Below, in pieces: positions 1-12,248 of a DNA stretch of 43,771 nucleotides. The notes below the pieces were generated by a model. That model was given only the letters and a program-made list of their open reading frames with translations, ran no database searches and was not told where the DNA came from. The stretch lies in UHGV virus genome UHGV-0190965, one strand, 5' to 3'. How positions within the stretch are numbered: the first letter of the stretch is position 1; every line of letters begins with the position of its first letter. Both the position numbers and the translations under genes were made by a program. Source of the stretch: a virus.

Positions 1-99
1 GCTGGTGATGGCCTCCACACAAAGAAGATGAAAGTATCTGGGCTGCCCAGCAAAGCAAAAGCAATCGAAGCGTGGAATAGGAGGGCGGAAAATGGATGA
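1..99 (+). CDS. C-terminal part of Lar-like (restriction alleviation family) Zn-finger protein, continued from 43658-43771
   Basis: Reads AGDGLHTKKMKVSGLPSKAKAIEAWNRRAENG*. AIEAWNRR is the typical Lar-family C-terminus and is in frame with the window end. Confidence 0.7.
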   Translation, partial: AGDGLHTKKMKVSGLPSKAKAIEAWNRRAENG

Positions 100-436
100 A
101 TTCATAAGCCGCAAGGCGGCAATCGCTTATATCCGTGAGCAATCGGAAGAATGTCAAAAAGCGTTTGAAGAGCTTGGCGGGGAAAGCGGAATCTACGCAG
201 ACGCCTATAACGATTTGGCGGAGGACTTTTACAGCATTCCCGCCGCTGACGTTGCGCCGGTGGTGCATGGGCGGTGGGAGCAAGATGCAGATGGCGATTG
301 GTATTGTACAAATTGTGATGAAGTTGTTGCTATCTGCGAAAGCGGCAGAGAACGAACTTATCGCAAGCCGTACTGCCCCAACTGCGGCGCGAAGATGGAC
401 GGCAAGGAGAGCGCACATGCTGACGATCACGATTAA
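92..436 (+). CDS. Phage early Zn-ribbon protein
   Basis: GGAGG SD; CTNC and CPNCG motifs; the PAADVAPVVHGRW pattern is common in Firmicutes phage early genes. Confidence 0.8.
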   Translation: MDEFISRKAAIAYIREQSEECQKAFEELGGESGIYADAYNDLAEDFYSIPAADVAPVVHGRWEQDADGDWYCTNCDEVVAICESGRERTYRKPYCPNCGAKMDGKESAHADDHD

Positions 437-581
437 AGCCAACGTCCCCTCCGCTGATGCGCAGGGCATCAAGGAGCGCATCGCAATGGACATCGAGCGT
501 TACGGAGACTGTAAGGTCGTGAGCATCGTGAGCGACAGAGGGCAGGAAGAACAGCTACGAATGAAAGGGGCCAAATTATGA
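417..581 (+). CDS. Hypothetical protein (54 aa)
   Basis: AAGGAG SD before ATG417; ends with an ATGA overlap into the next gene. Confidence 0.65.
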   Translation: MLTITIKANVPSADAQGIKERIAMDIERYGDCKVVSIVSDRGQEEQLRMKGAKL

Positions 582-973
582 GCATCAATGTGAAGAAGTA
601 CACCAAAGACCAGATGGCAAAGATGGTGGAGGACGCGCAGGCGGAAGTGCAGGAATTAAAGCGGGTAAACGCTGCCCTGACCGAGCAGATCAGCCAGATG
701 AACGGCGAGGCCATCACCCGCGAGAACGTGATCGCGAACCTGAAAGCGGACGCAGATGCGCTGCGAAATAAGCTCACTGACACTGAGGCGGCGCTTGGGC
801 GAGCGAATGCAGAGGTATCGAGAGTGACGGGTGCTTGCCGACAAGTTGAAGAAGAACGCGATTATATGCATCAGCAATGGAGCAACGCCGAGCAGCGCGC
901 CAATTACGCAGAAGCCCACCCGGGGAGCAACCTGTGGGCGTGGGTCATGAGAAAGCTGGGGTGCAAGGCATGA
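578..973 (+). CDS. Coiled-coil hypothetical protein
   Basis: Heptad-rich ORF coupled to both neighbours. Confidence 0.75.
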   Translation: MSINVKKYTKDQMAKMVEDAQAEVQELKRVNAALTEQISQMNGEAITRENVIANLKADADALRNKLTDTEAALGRANAEVSRVTGACRQVEEERDYMHQQWSNAEQRANYAEAHPGSNLWAWVMRKLGCKA

Positions 974-1146
974 TGCACGATCCTATCGGGGCGCTCGGGC
1001 CCTTTGCTGGATGCCCTGTCTGCGGGGCGTTTGACGTGGACTGGGATCCAGAAACGGATATCACTACTTGCAAGCGCTGCGGATTCCGAAATGAAGAACA
1101 GGCCCGAAGGAATTACGAGAAGCGAAAAAGAAACGGCGAGGTATAA
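970..1146 (+). CDS. Small Zn-ribbon protein (CPVC...CKRC)
   Basis: ATGA coupling at 970; two CxxC pairs; basic tail; ends just before a terminator. Confidence 0.6.
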   Translation: MMHDPIGALGPFAGCPVCGAFDVDWDPETDITTCKRCGFRNEEQARRNYEKRKRNGEV

Positions 1147-1150
1147 CGAA

Positions 1151-1182
1151 AGAGGCAGGGCGTTTGCCCTGCCTCTCTTTTT
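1151..1182 (+). terminator. Intrinsic terminator ending the early operon
   Basis: AGAGGCAGGGC-GTTT-GCCCTGCCTCT perfect 11-bp stem followed by a T-run. Confidence 0.85.
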
Positions 1183-1316
1183 GCCATGAGGGAGAACCTC
1201 TTTCTTTTCTTTTATATTTCTTTTCTTTCGGGAGAGGGTGCTATACGCAGGATGTATCTATGTTGTGTGTATGTAACTATACAGGGGAGAGCGGGAGGAA
1301 AGAGAAAGTTTCCGCG

Positions 1317-1351
1317 CCCGTGGTGAGAAATAAAAGATGGCGTGTTACCGT
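1317..1351 (+). promoter_or_regulatory. Putative late promoter 1 (packaging operon)
   Basis: CCCGTGGTGA-N16-TGT-TACCGT; the same motif and spacing recur at 5711, 26797 and 33624. Confidence 0.7.
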
Positions 1352-1451
1352 CGAGATTAGGAAGCTCGGTTCCCCGGGCGGGGATAAGAATGCTGCGTGA
1401 TATGGCCGAGGGCTGGGGGCTTGCAGCATAAAAAAGAAAGGCGGTGGCGGC

Positions 1452-1922
1452 ATGGCGAAGGCAGGGCATCCCCCAAAATACGCGACGGTCGAAGAGATGC
1501 AGGCCGTCATTGACCAATACTTTGAAGACTGCAAGGGCGAGCCGATCATCGGGGACGACGGGATGCCGATTCTCGACAAATTCGGGCAGCCGTTTATCAT
1601 TCATCAGCGCCCGCCGACGGTGACGGGGCTCGCGCTTGCGCTGGGATTCACGAGCCGTCAAGCGCTGCTGAACTATCAGGCGAAGAAAGGATTCGTTGAC
1701 ACGGTCACGCGCGCGAAGGCCCGCATCGAGGCTTACGCAGAGGAACGCCTCTTCGACCGTGACGGTCAGCGCGGCGCGGAATTCAGTCTGCGGTACAACT
1801 TCCGCTGGGTAAACGATGAGAAGAAAGACGACGGCGGAGAGAGCGTGTGCGGTGTGGCAGAGCTGCCCGCCGTGATGCCTGTTCCGCAGGCCGCGGGAGG
1901 TGATGCGAATGGCGAAGCGTAG
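1452..1922 (+). CDS. terS: Terminase small subunit
   Basis: GHPPKY...PPTVTGLALALGFTSRQALLNY HTH-like pattern; directly upstream of terL. Confidence 0.85.
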   Translation: MAKAGHPPKYATVEEMQAVIDQYFEDCKGEPIIGDDGMPILDKFGQPFIIHQRPPTVTGLALALGFTSRQALLNYQAKKGFVDTVTRAKARIEAYAEERLFDRDGQRGAEFSLRYNFRWVNDEKKDDGGESVCGVAELPAVMPVPQAAGGDANGEA

Positions 1923-3359
1923 CGTGGTATGGAAGCCGCAGCCCAAGCAGGCGCTCTTTATGAGCCGCTGGGAGGACGAGGCCCTATACGGCGGCGCAGC
2001 CGGTTAGGCGGGGGAAAATCTGACGCGCTGGTCATCGAAGCATTGCGCCAGGTGAATATCCCGTATTACAAGGCGATCATCCTGCGAAAAACGTTCCCGC
2101 AGCTTGCCGAGCTCATTGACAAGACGCTGAACTACTACCCGCGCATCTATCCGGGCGCGCGCTATAACGGCAGCAGCCACACGTGGACATTCCCGAGCGG
2201 GGCGAAGATACTCTTCGGATCGATGCAATACGCAAAGGACAAAATCAAGTATCAAGGCCAGGCGTATGACTTTATCGCATTCGACGAGCTAACGCACTTC
2301 ACGTGGGAGGAATACAGCTACCTCTTTTCCCGCAACCGACCAAACGGGCCGGGGACGCGGGTATACATCCGCAGCACGGCAAACCCTGGCGGCGTGGGGC
2401 ACGGATGGGTCAAGGAACGATTCATCACGGCAGCGCCGCCGATGCGGACCATCCGAGAGGACGCGGTCGTGCGCTTCCCCGATGGGCATGAAGAGCATCG
2501 GCAGAAGAGCCGCATCTTCGTGCCGAGTACGGTGTTCGATAACAAGATACTGCTCGCCAACGATGACAGTTATTTGACGCGCCTTGCGTCGATGCCGGAG
2601 GCGGAGAAGAACGCGCTGCTTTACGGCGACTGGGACACGTTCTCTGGGCAGGTGTTTACCGAGTGGCGAAACGACAGCGAACACTACCGTGACCGCATCC
2701 ATACGCACGTCATCGCACCATTTCAGGTGCCGAAGGAGTGGCCGATCTGGTGCGCGATGGACTGGGGCTATTCAAGGCCATTCGCTATTGGCTGGTTTGC
2801 GGTCGACCACGACCGCAGGCTGTACCACATCCGCGAGTATTACGGCTGCACGGGCACGCCAAATGAGGGCGTGAAGATGGAGCCGACGGCGGTGGCGCGC
2901 GAGATGAAGCGCATCGAGGCCGAAGACCCGAACCTCAAGGGGCGGCATATCTTCCGTGTGGGCGACCCCGCCATCTGGGGCACGCAGGGCGCGGAGAGCA
3001 TCGGTTCGCTCTTTGAGCGCGAGCGCGTCTACTTTGAGAAGGGGGACAACGCCCGTATCGACGGCAAGATGCAGCTGCACAACCGATTCGCATTCGACGA
3101 GAACGGCGTGCCGATGCTGTATATCTTCGATACGTGCAAGAATTTCATCCGCACGGTGCCGAACCTCGTCTACGACGAAAAGGATGTCGAGGACGTGAAC
3201 ACCGAGCAGGAGGATCATATCTACGACATGACACGCTATGTGTGCATGGAGAATCCCATTGCGGCGCGGGAGAACAAAGCGCCGAAGCTGGTCTTGTACG
3301 ACCCGCTGGATATCAATACGCCGAGCTACGACAGATATGCGTGGTTTCAACACAACTGA
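1909..3359 (+). CDS. terL: Terminase large subunit, reading frame interrupted at 2005-2009
   Basis: GGGAGGTG SD and ATG1909 give MAKRSVVWKPQPKQ...ALYGGAAG*; another frame continues GGGKSDAL, Walker B FIAFDELT, motif III STANPGG and nuclease MDWG...DHIYD. Confidence 0.9.
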
Positions 3360-3373
3360 CAGGAGGGGAAGAC

Positions 3374-5374
3374 ATGGCAGGAATGAGAAAATTCCCGCAG
3401 ACGCAGCAGCAGGCCGACGCGGCTGGCGCTGCTGCAATGCTGGATGCAAAGGCAGAGGCCCCGCTCGTGGGCGCATTCCGCGACAGCGACGCGGCGATGA
3501 GCGGCGGCGCAGCCATCGGCAGCAAGGAAATCGGTGACGCCGTAGAAACGCTGCAAAAGTATAAGCGGGGAAAGAGCAACTTCGAGAATCGCATCATCAG
3601 CGAGGAACGCTGGTGGAAGCTGAGGCACTGGGAGGACATTCGCCGCGGGACAAAAGATGCGGGAGAATCGCCTGAGCCCGCGAGTGCATGGCTGTTCAAT
3701 TCGATCATGAATAAGCACGCCGACGCGATGGACAACTACCCCGAGCCCGTATGCCTGCCGCGTGAGCAAAGCGACGAGGAAAGCGCAAAGACGCTCTCGT
3801 CCGTGCTGCCGGTCATCATGGAATACAACGAATTTGACAGCACGTACAGCTTCGAGTGGTGGGAAAAGCTCAAACACGGCGTGGCGATCTACGGCGTGTT
3901 CTGGGACAAGGAGAAAGACAACGGGCTCGGCGATATCGCTATCGAGGGCATTGACCCGCTGAATATCTTCTGGGAGCCGGGTGTTGAAGACATCCAGAAG
4001 AGCCGCAACGTGTTCACGGTGGCGCTCATCGATCGTGACATTATCGAAGATGAATATCCGCAGTTTACGGATAAACTCAGCGGCAGCAGCATTGAGACGG
4101 CAAAATACGAGTACGACGACACGGTGGACACGAGCAACAAGGTCGCCGTGATCGACTGGTATTACCGCAAGAGGGCCGCAGACGGGCGCACGGTGCTGCA
4201 CTATGCGAAATTCATCGACGAGGAGCACATCGTCTACGCCAGCGAGAACGACCCAGAATATGTGGAGAGCGGCTTCTACGAAGACGGCGAATATCCGTTT
4301 GTGTTCGACGTGCTGTTCCCCGAAAAGGGCACACCTGCAGGATTTGGATATACGGCTATTGCAAAGGATCCGCAGCTCTACATTGATAAGCTGTGGGGAA
4401 ACATCCTTGAAACTTCAATGATGGGCAGCAAGCGCCGGTATTTCGCGAGTGAAAGCCTGAACATCAACGAAGAAGAGTTCCTTGACTGGCGCAAACCGAT
4501 CATCCACGTGTCCGGCCAGATCGACGAGAGCAGGCTCCGCGAGGTGACGACGCGCCCGCTCGATTCCATCTACGCGAACATCGTGCAGATGAAGATCGAC
4601 GAGATGAAGGAAACGAGCTCCAACCGCGACGTGTCCAACGGCGGCACGTCCAGCGGCGCGACGGCCGCGGCGGCGATCTCCGCTTTGCAGGAGGCGGGAA
4701 ACAAGGCGAGCCGTGACATGATCGCGGCGTGCTACCGCGCGCAGACGAAGATCGTGAAGCTGTGCATCGAGCGTATGCGGCAGTTCTACGACGCGGCGCG
4801 CACATTCCGCATCACGAATGAAATGCCTTACGAGTACGCACAGATCGGCGTGAACGAGCTCGGCGATCAGGTGACGGGCGTGGATAGCCTCGGAAATGAC
4901 CTGTTCCGCAGGCCGGTCTTCGATATCAAGATCAAGGCGCAGAAGAAGAACCCATTCTCCCGTGCGGAACAGAACGAGCGGGCGAAAGAGCTCTATTCGC
5001 TGGGCTTCTTCGCTCCCGACAGGGCGCAGGAAAGCATGATCGCGCTCGACATGATGGATTTCGAGGGCATCGACAAGATCAAGAGTCAGGTCAACGAGGG
5101 CGCAACGCTTTACAACGTCGTGCAGCAGCAGGGGCAGCAGCTTCAGAAGGCGCTTGCGGTCATCCAGCAGCTCACGGGTCAGGATATGGGACTTGGTATG
5201 ACAGGCGGCACGCAAGGCGGCGGCTCACAAAGCGCTCCGAGCGGGAGCAGCGGCGGAACGGAAAGCCGCAACGCCGACGCGCAGGGCACACAGACGCCTT
5301 ACATGCAGCAGCTCGCCGAGCGCAGCAAGCCCAACATGGACACGGGCAGCAGCGCGGCGATGCCGGGAATGTGA
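3374..5374 (+). CDS. Portal protein (podovirus type)
   Basis: AGGAGG SD; 666 aa; position after terL; GxTAAAAISALQEAG motif; Q-rich C-terminal tail. Confidence 0.85.
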   Translation: MAGMRKFPQTQQQADAAGAAAMLDAKAEAPLVGAFRDSDAAMSGGAAIGSKEIGDAVETLQKYKRGKSNFENRIISEERWWKLRHWEDIRRGTKDAGESPEPASAWLFNSIMNKHADAMDNYPEPVCLPREQSDEESAKTLSSVLPVIMEYNEFDSTYSFEWWEKLKHGVAIYGVFWDKEKDNGLGDIAIEGIDPLNIFWEPGVEDIQKSRNVFTVALIDRDIIEDEYPQFTDKLSGSSIETAKYEYDDTVDTSNKVAVIDWYYRKRAADGRTVLHYAKFIDEEHIVYASENDPEYVESGFYEDGEYPFVFDVLFPEKGTPAGFGYTAIAKDPQLYIDKLWGNILETSMMGSKRRYFASESLNINEEEFLDWRKPIIHVSGQIDESRLREVTTRPLDSIYANIVQMKIDEMKETSSNRDVSNGGTSSGATAAAAISALQEAGNKASRDMIAACYRAQTKIVKLCIERMRQFYDAARTFRITNEMPYEYAQIGVNELGDQVTGVDSLGNDLFRRPVFDIKIKAQKKNPFSRAEQNERAKELYSLGFFAPDRAQESMIALDMMDFEGIDKIKSQVNEGATLYNVVQQQGQQLQKALAVIQQLTGQDMGLGMTGGTQGGGSQSAPSGSSGGTESRNADAQGTQTPYMQQLAERSKPNMDTGSSAAMPGM

Positions 5375-5384
5375 GGCGCAGGCC

Positions 5385-5696
5385 ATGACGCAGGTGCACA
5401 TTGAGCATGACATCGGGCGCTACATGATCTTGTGCGAGGGACATTCTGCCGATGCGGCGTGCTGTAACTACATCACGGGCGTGATGTACGCCTTCGGCGG
5501 TTATGTGAAGAACATGGAGGCCGAGGGCGACTGCGAGGTTTACGGCTTCGAGATCAACGACGATGCGCCGCGCTTCCTTGTCCATTGCGGCGGCGATGAG
5601 CGCATCGAGGCGGCATTCATCGCCGCGTGCATCGGGCTCAAGCAGCTCGAAGACACGAGACCGGACGCCATTACGGTCAGTTTCGCAGAAAATTAA
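5385..5696 (+). CDS. Prp-family (ribosomal processing) cysteine protease
   Basis: 103 aa with a GHS...CC catalytic-like motif, between portal and scaffold; candidate LxLF substrates in the scaffold and capsid N-termini. Confidence 0.7.
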   Translation: MTQVHIEHDIGRYMILCEGHSADAACCNYITGVMYAFGGYVKNMEAEGDCEVYGFEINDDAPRFLVHCGGDERIEAAFIAACIGLKQLEDTRPDAITVSFAEN

Positions 5697-5710
5697 AAAA
5701 TTTTTCTCGC

Positions 5711-5745
5711 CCCGTGGTGAGACGGAGGAAGCCGCATGTTACGCT
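5711..5745 (+). promoter_or_regulatory. Putative late promoter 2 (head/tail operon)
   Basis: CCCGTGGTGA-N16-TGT-TACGCT. Confidence 0.7.
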
Positions 5746-5909
5746 TTAAGCGTGCGAGTGGCTTCCTCCTATTCATACGCCCGCGAGGGAGGGACGGCGT
5801 TTTTTCTTCATCTTTTCGCCGCTCTCCCCTCCCCTGCGGACGATAGGAGCCCCTGCACGGCCTACACGGAGGGTTGAATATCCGCGATTTGACAAGCAGG
5901 AGGGATACC

Positions 5910-6947
5910 ATGAACCTCAAAACCACGCTTCGCGTGATCCTGAGCCTCTTTGACGGCGGCGCTGCCGCTGCGGGAGCCGCTGCCGGTGCATCGGGCGGCG
6001 CTGAGGGAGGCGCGAGCGCACAGGGCGATACCACGAAGGCAGGCTCTTCTCCCACCCGGAAGGGCAAAACGGGCGAATACGCCAACGTCGTTTTTGGCAA
6101 GCAGGAGACACCTGACGATACGGGGACCTCTTCTGGCGAGCCGAAGGGCGAGGGCGCAAAGATGCAGCAGCGCGACGCCGGGGCTGCGGAAAAAGGCGGG
6201 GAAGACCTGAAGAAGGAGTTCCTTGGCCTCGTAAACGGCAAGTACAAGGACGTGTACACTGCGGAGACGCAGCGCATCATCAACCGCAGATTCGGCGAGG
6301 AAAAGGCCAAAGACCAGAAGATCGCCGATTCGCAGCCTATTCTTGACACGCTGATGCGCCATTACGGCGTGACGGACGGTGATATGAATAAGCTGCGCGC
6401 GGCTTTTGAGGGCGATGCGGCGCTCAACAGCGTGCTTTACAACGCGGAAGCGGAGAGCATGGGCATGAGCGTGGAACAGTACCGCGAGTATGCACGGATG
6501 CAGCAGGAAAACGAAGCGCTCAAGCGTCAGGAAGAAGACAGACAGCGCCAGCAGAAGGCAGACGAGACTTACAACGACTGGATCCGTCAGGCAAGTGCGC
6601 TGGTTGGCACGGCGGACGCGCCGGGCGAGTACCCTGACTTTGACCTCAAGCGCGAAGTCGCGGAGAATCCGCGCTTTATTGCGATGCTGCGTGCGGGTGT
6701 TCCCGTAAAAGACGCTTACGAGGTATCCCATTTAGGTGACATTCAGGCCCGCAACGCGGCGAAAGCTGCGGCGGAGATGGAAAAGCGCGTGATGGATAAC
6801 GTGCGCGCGAAAGGAATGCGCCCGAACGAGAACGGAACCACTTCCCAGCCGGGGGTCATCGTTAAGAATGACCCGAGCAAATTCACGAAAGCCGACCGCG
6901 CAGAGATCGCAAGGCGCGTGAGGCGCGGCGAGCGCATCGTATTCTGA
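5910..6947 (+). CDS. Capsid scaffolding protein
   Basis: AGGAGGG SD; acidic and helical; precedes the capsid gene; N-terminal ILSLF-DG motif. Confidence 0.75.
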   Translation: MNLKTTLRVILSLFDGGAAAAGAAAGASGGAEGGASAQGDTTKAGSSPTRKGKTGEYANVVFGKQETPDDTGTSSGEPKGEGAKMQQRDAGAAEKGGEDLKKEFLGLVNGKYKDVYTAETQRIINRRFGEEKAKDQKIADSQPILDTLMRHYGVTDGDMNKLRAAFEGDAALNSVLYNAEAESMGMSVEQYREYARMQQENEALKRQEEDRQRQQKADETYNDWIRQASALVGTADAPGEYPDFDLKREVAENPRFIAMLRAGVPVKDAYEVSHLGDIQARNAAKAAAEMEKRVMDNVRAKGMRPNENGTTSQPGVIVKNDPSKFTKADRAEIARRVRRGERIVF

Positions 6948-6991
6948 TGCCCGCCTAATTTTACCGACTGTAAGAAGGGAGACAAAACTCT

Positions 6992-8251
6992 ATGAAGAAG
7001 TTCAAAGACATTTTCATTCTGCCCGTCGTTCTGAACCTGTTTGAGGGTCAGACGAACGTGACGACCGACGCCGGCCTCTCGGGCGAGATGAAGACCTACT
7101 ACTGCGACACTCTGATCGATAACGCCGAGCCCGAGCTGGTGCATGACCGCTTCGCGCAGAAGCGCAACATCCCCAAGGGGAAGGGCAAGGAGATCGAGTT
7201 CCGCAAGTATGATCCGCTGCCCAAGGCGCTCACGCCCATCACCGAAGGCGTGACGCCCAAGGGCCGCAAGCTTTCCATGACCACGCTGACCGCGCAGGTC
7301 GACCAGTACGGCGACTTCGTCGAGATTTCCGATATCCTCGACCTGACCGCCATCGACAACAACCTTCAGGAGGCTACGGTGCTGCTCGGCTCTCAGGCGG
7401 GCCGCACGCTGGACACCATCACCCGCGAGGTCATCAACGGCGGTTCTAACGTCCAGTACGGTGAGGGCCAGGTGACGGGCCGCCATCTGCTCGTTGGCGG
7501 CGAGACCACGGGCAACCACTATTTCACGGTGCGCGCCGTCCGCAAGGCGGTTCGTTTCCTGAAAACCATGAACGCCCCGCGCTATGAGGGCTCCTATTGG
7601 GCCATTATTCACCCTGACTGCTCCTACGACATTCAGGATGACCCCGATTGGAAGCGCCCGCACGAGTACAAGGACACCAGCAACATCTACGACGACGAGA
7701 TCGGCAAGATCGCGGGCGTCCGCTTCATCGAGACGACCGAAGCGAAGGTGTTCCACGCGGATGACCTGACCGAAGGCGCACGCGACCTGACCGTCAAGAG
7801 TGCATCCGGCAAGGTGCTGACCGTCAACGAGGGCATTACCACTGCCGATGCCGCAAAGATGGCGGGCCGTGAGGTCGTCATCGGCGGCGCGCTCCTTGAG
7901 ATCGAGAGTGCCGCGGCTGCGGCTGCTGGCAGCGCGACGATCACGCTGAAAGAAGCACCCGGCACTACCCCGACGGCGTCGACCGCCATCTATCCGGGTG
8001 AGGCTGGCGCGAAGGGCCGCAACGTCTACTCTACCCTCATCATGGGTGCGGAGGCTTACGGCACGACCGAGCTGACCGGCGGCGGCCTTGAGCACATCGT
8101 CAAGCCACTCGGCTCTGCCGGTACAGCTGACCCGCTGAACCAGCGCGCGACCGTCGGCTGGAAGGCCACCAAGGTTGCCGAGCGTCTGGTTGAGGCATAT
8201 ATGATCCGCGTGGAGACCACCTCCACGTTCGATGAAACCCCGCTGACCTAA
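6992..8251 (+). CDS. Major capsid protein (N4-gp56-like)
   Basis: IPKGKGKEIEFRKY, EGVTP, QYGDFVEISD and DPLNQRATVGWK motifs. Confidence 0.9.
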   Translation: MKKFKDIFILPVVLNLFEGQTNVTTDAGLSGEMKTYYCDTLIDNAEPELVHDRFAQKRNIPKGKGKEIEFRKYDPLPKALTPITEGVTPKGRKLSMTTLTAQVDQYGDFVEISDILDLTAIDNNLQEATVLLGSQAGRTLDTITREVINGGSNVQYGEGQVTGRHLLVGGETTGNHYFTVRAVRKAVRFLKTMNAPRYEGSYWAIIHPDCSYDIQDDPDWKRPHEYKDTSNIYDDEIGKIAGVRFIETTEAKVFHADDLTEGARDLTVKSASGKVLTVNEGITTADAAKMAGREVVIGGALLEIESAAAAAAGSATITLKEAPGTTPTASTAIYPGEAGAKGRNVYSTLIMGAEAYGTTELTGGGLEHIVKPLGSAGTADPLNQRATVGWKATKVAERLVEAYMIRVETTSTFDETPLT

Positions 8252-8309
8252 CCACCAAGGGGGGGCGGCTGCGGATGCCACCCCCGACACTGAAACGGAG
8301 GAAAGACCG

Positions 8310-8591
8310 ATGAGCGAAACGAAAAACGTCGCTGCGGCTGCGGATGCCGCCCGCGCGGGCGAGGAGTACGTCAGTGTCCGCCTGTTCAAGGACAGCGGCA
8401 AGTACAAGGATGACCTGCTGGTGTGCGTGAACGGCGAAAGCTGCCTGATCCAGCGCGGCGTGACCGTGCAGGTCAAGAGAAAGTTCCTGTGGGCCATCCA
8501 GAACCAGATGAGACAGGACGCCTCAACCGCGAATCTCATCCAGACGATGAGCAGCGACTACGTTGAGAGCGCGAAGGCCCACAATGCGTAA
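8310..8591 (+). CDS. Small virion-associated protein
   Basis: GGAGG SD; VCVNG...IQRGVTVQV motif; follows the capsid gene. Confidence 0.7.
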   Translation: MSETKNVAAAADAARAGEEYVSVRLFKDSGKYKDDLLVCVNGESCLIQRGVTVQVKRKFLWAIQNQMRQDASTANLIQTMSSDYVESAKAHNA

Positions 8592-8629
8592 GTAAATACG
8601 ACCGCGAGACACGAAAAATGAGTTGCGAC

Positions 8630-8675
8630 ACGGCGCAGCAAGGGACGAAACAAGTCGCTCTTGCTGCGCCGTTTT
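8630..8675 (+). terminator. Hairpin terminator/attenuator after head genes
   Basis: ACGGCGCAGCAAG / CTTGCTGCGCCGT 13-bp stem followed by a short T-run. Confidence 0.65.
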
Positions 8676-8694
8676 CCATAAGAGAGGTGACAAT

Positions 8695-11117
<2,423 letters not shown>

Positions 11118-11118
<1 letters not shown>

Positions 11119-12248
11119 TGGCTGAATATTTGACGAATGACGCTGACCTCAAGAAGGTCGCAGACGCGATCAGAACAAAAGGCGGAACGAGCGCTGTGTT
11201 GTCTTACCCTGACGAATACGTTTCCGCAATTAACGCTATCACCACCGGGACGGAGCTGAAAATTGTGGTAAGCGTTACCTCTGGAGCAGTGGTGACGGCG
11301 ACAAAGGGGAGCAATACCGTAAGCGGTACGTCTGTCAACGGAGTTTGCACGCTTGTTGTTCCGGAGCCAGGCACATGGAGCGTAAAGGCTACGCTGGGCG
11401 GGCAAACGTCCGGTACGGAAAATGTCTCCGTTGTCGATAGCTATGCAGTGACGATCTCTTTCGTGAGCTCTACGCTCAACAATAACGAGTGGAGCGTTAT
11501 CAAGTCCGCTTCCGACGCGGGACAGGGCGCGAACTATTGGAGCATCGGCGACCGAAAGGCGGTCACGCTTAACGGCACGGTCGGAAATCTCTCACTCTCG
11601 AATGTCACGACCTACGCTTTCATTATCGGCTTTAACCATAACGCAAGCGCCGAGGGCGCAAACCGCATCCATTTTCAGCTTGCAAAGACCGCACTCTCCG
11701 GCGGTACGGACGTTTGCCTATGCGATAGTGCCTATCTCTCGGACGTTTCAATAACCGGCTATTTCTCTATGAACGGCAGTCGAACGAACTCCGGCGGATG
11801 GGCGAACTCGCAAATGCGTACAAACATTTGCGGGACGAGCCTCTCGAGCTATTCCAGGACAATTATCGCAGTCATTCCGGCGGCGCTCCGTGCTGTTCTC
11901 AAGTCTGTTACCAAGTACACGGACAACACCGGCAACGGAAGTGCGGCGGCGAACGCAGTCACGGCGACAACGGATTACTTTTTCCTCCTCTCGGAGTACG
12001 AGGTTTTCGGAAGCATTTCCTACGCAAATAGCAACGAGTCGAGCAAACAAGCACAGTACGCCTATTATTCCGCCGGGAACAGCAAAATTAAGTACAAGCA
12101 CGACGGAACGAGTACCGCCGCTAATTGGTGGCTTCGTTCCCCGCGGGCGGGTGCCTCCGCCATTTTCGTGTTTGTGAGAACCGACGGCACAGTCAACGTC
12201 TTCACCGCGATCGATTCCCTCGGCTTCGCCCCCGGCTTTTGCGTATAA
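11118..12248 (+). CDS. Receptor-binding/fibre protein with DUF6273-like, C-type-lectin-like C-terminal domain
   Basis: IIGFNH, NSGGW, FLLSEYEVFG and WWLRSP...GFAPGFCV motifs; Ig-like N-terminal part. Confidence 0.75.

Noticed and set aside
1929..2006. ORF-track start of terL (MEAAAQAG...RRRSRL)
   Set aside because: No SD, and it lacks the Q motif and the strand leading into Walker A; both are encoded in the ATG1909 frame.
2005..2007. Genome-wide TAG reassignment as explanation of the terL stop
   Set aside because: Read-through would not restore the frame, and TAG ends other genes normally (terS, holin, cassette gene 5).
8261..8348. 15-bp direct repeat GCGGCTGCGGATGCC (8265, 8334) and GC hairpin after the capsid gene
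   Set aside because: No T-tract and the second copy is Ala-rich coding sequence; may be an mRNA-stabilising hairpin but there is no further support.
6743..8539. 598-aa minus-strand ORF
   Set aside because: Antisense shadow of the capsid gene caused by codon bias.
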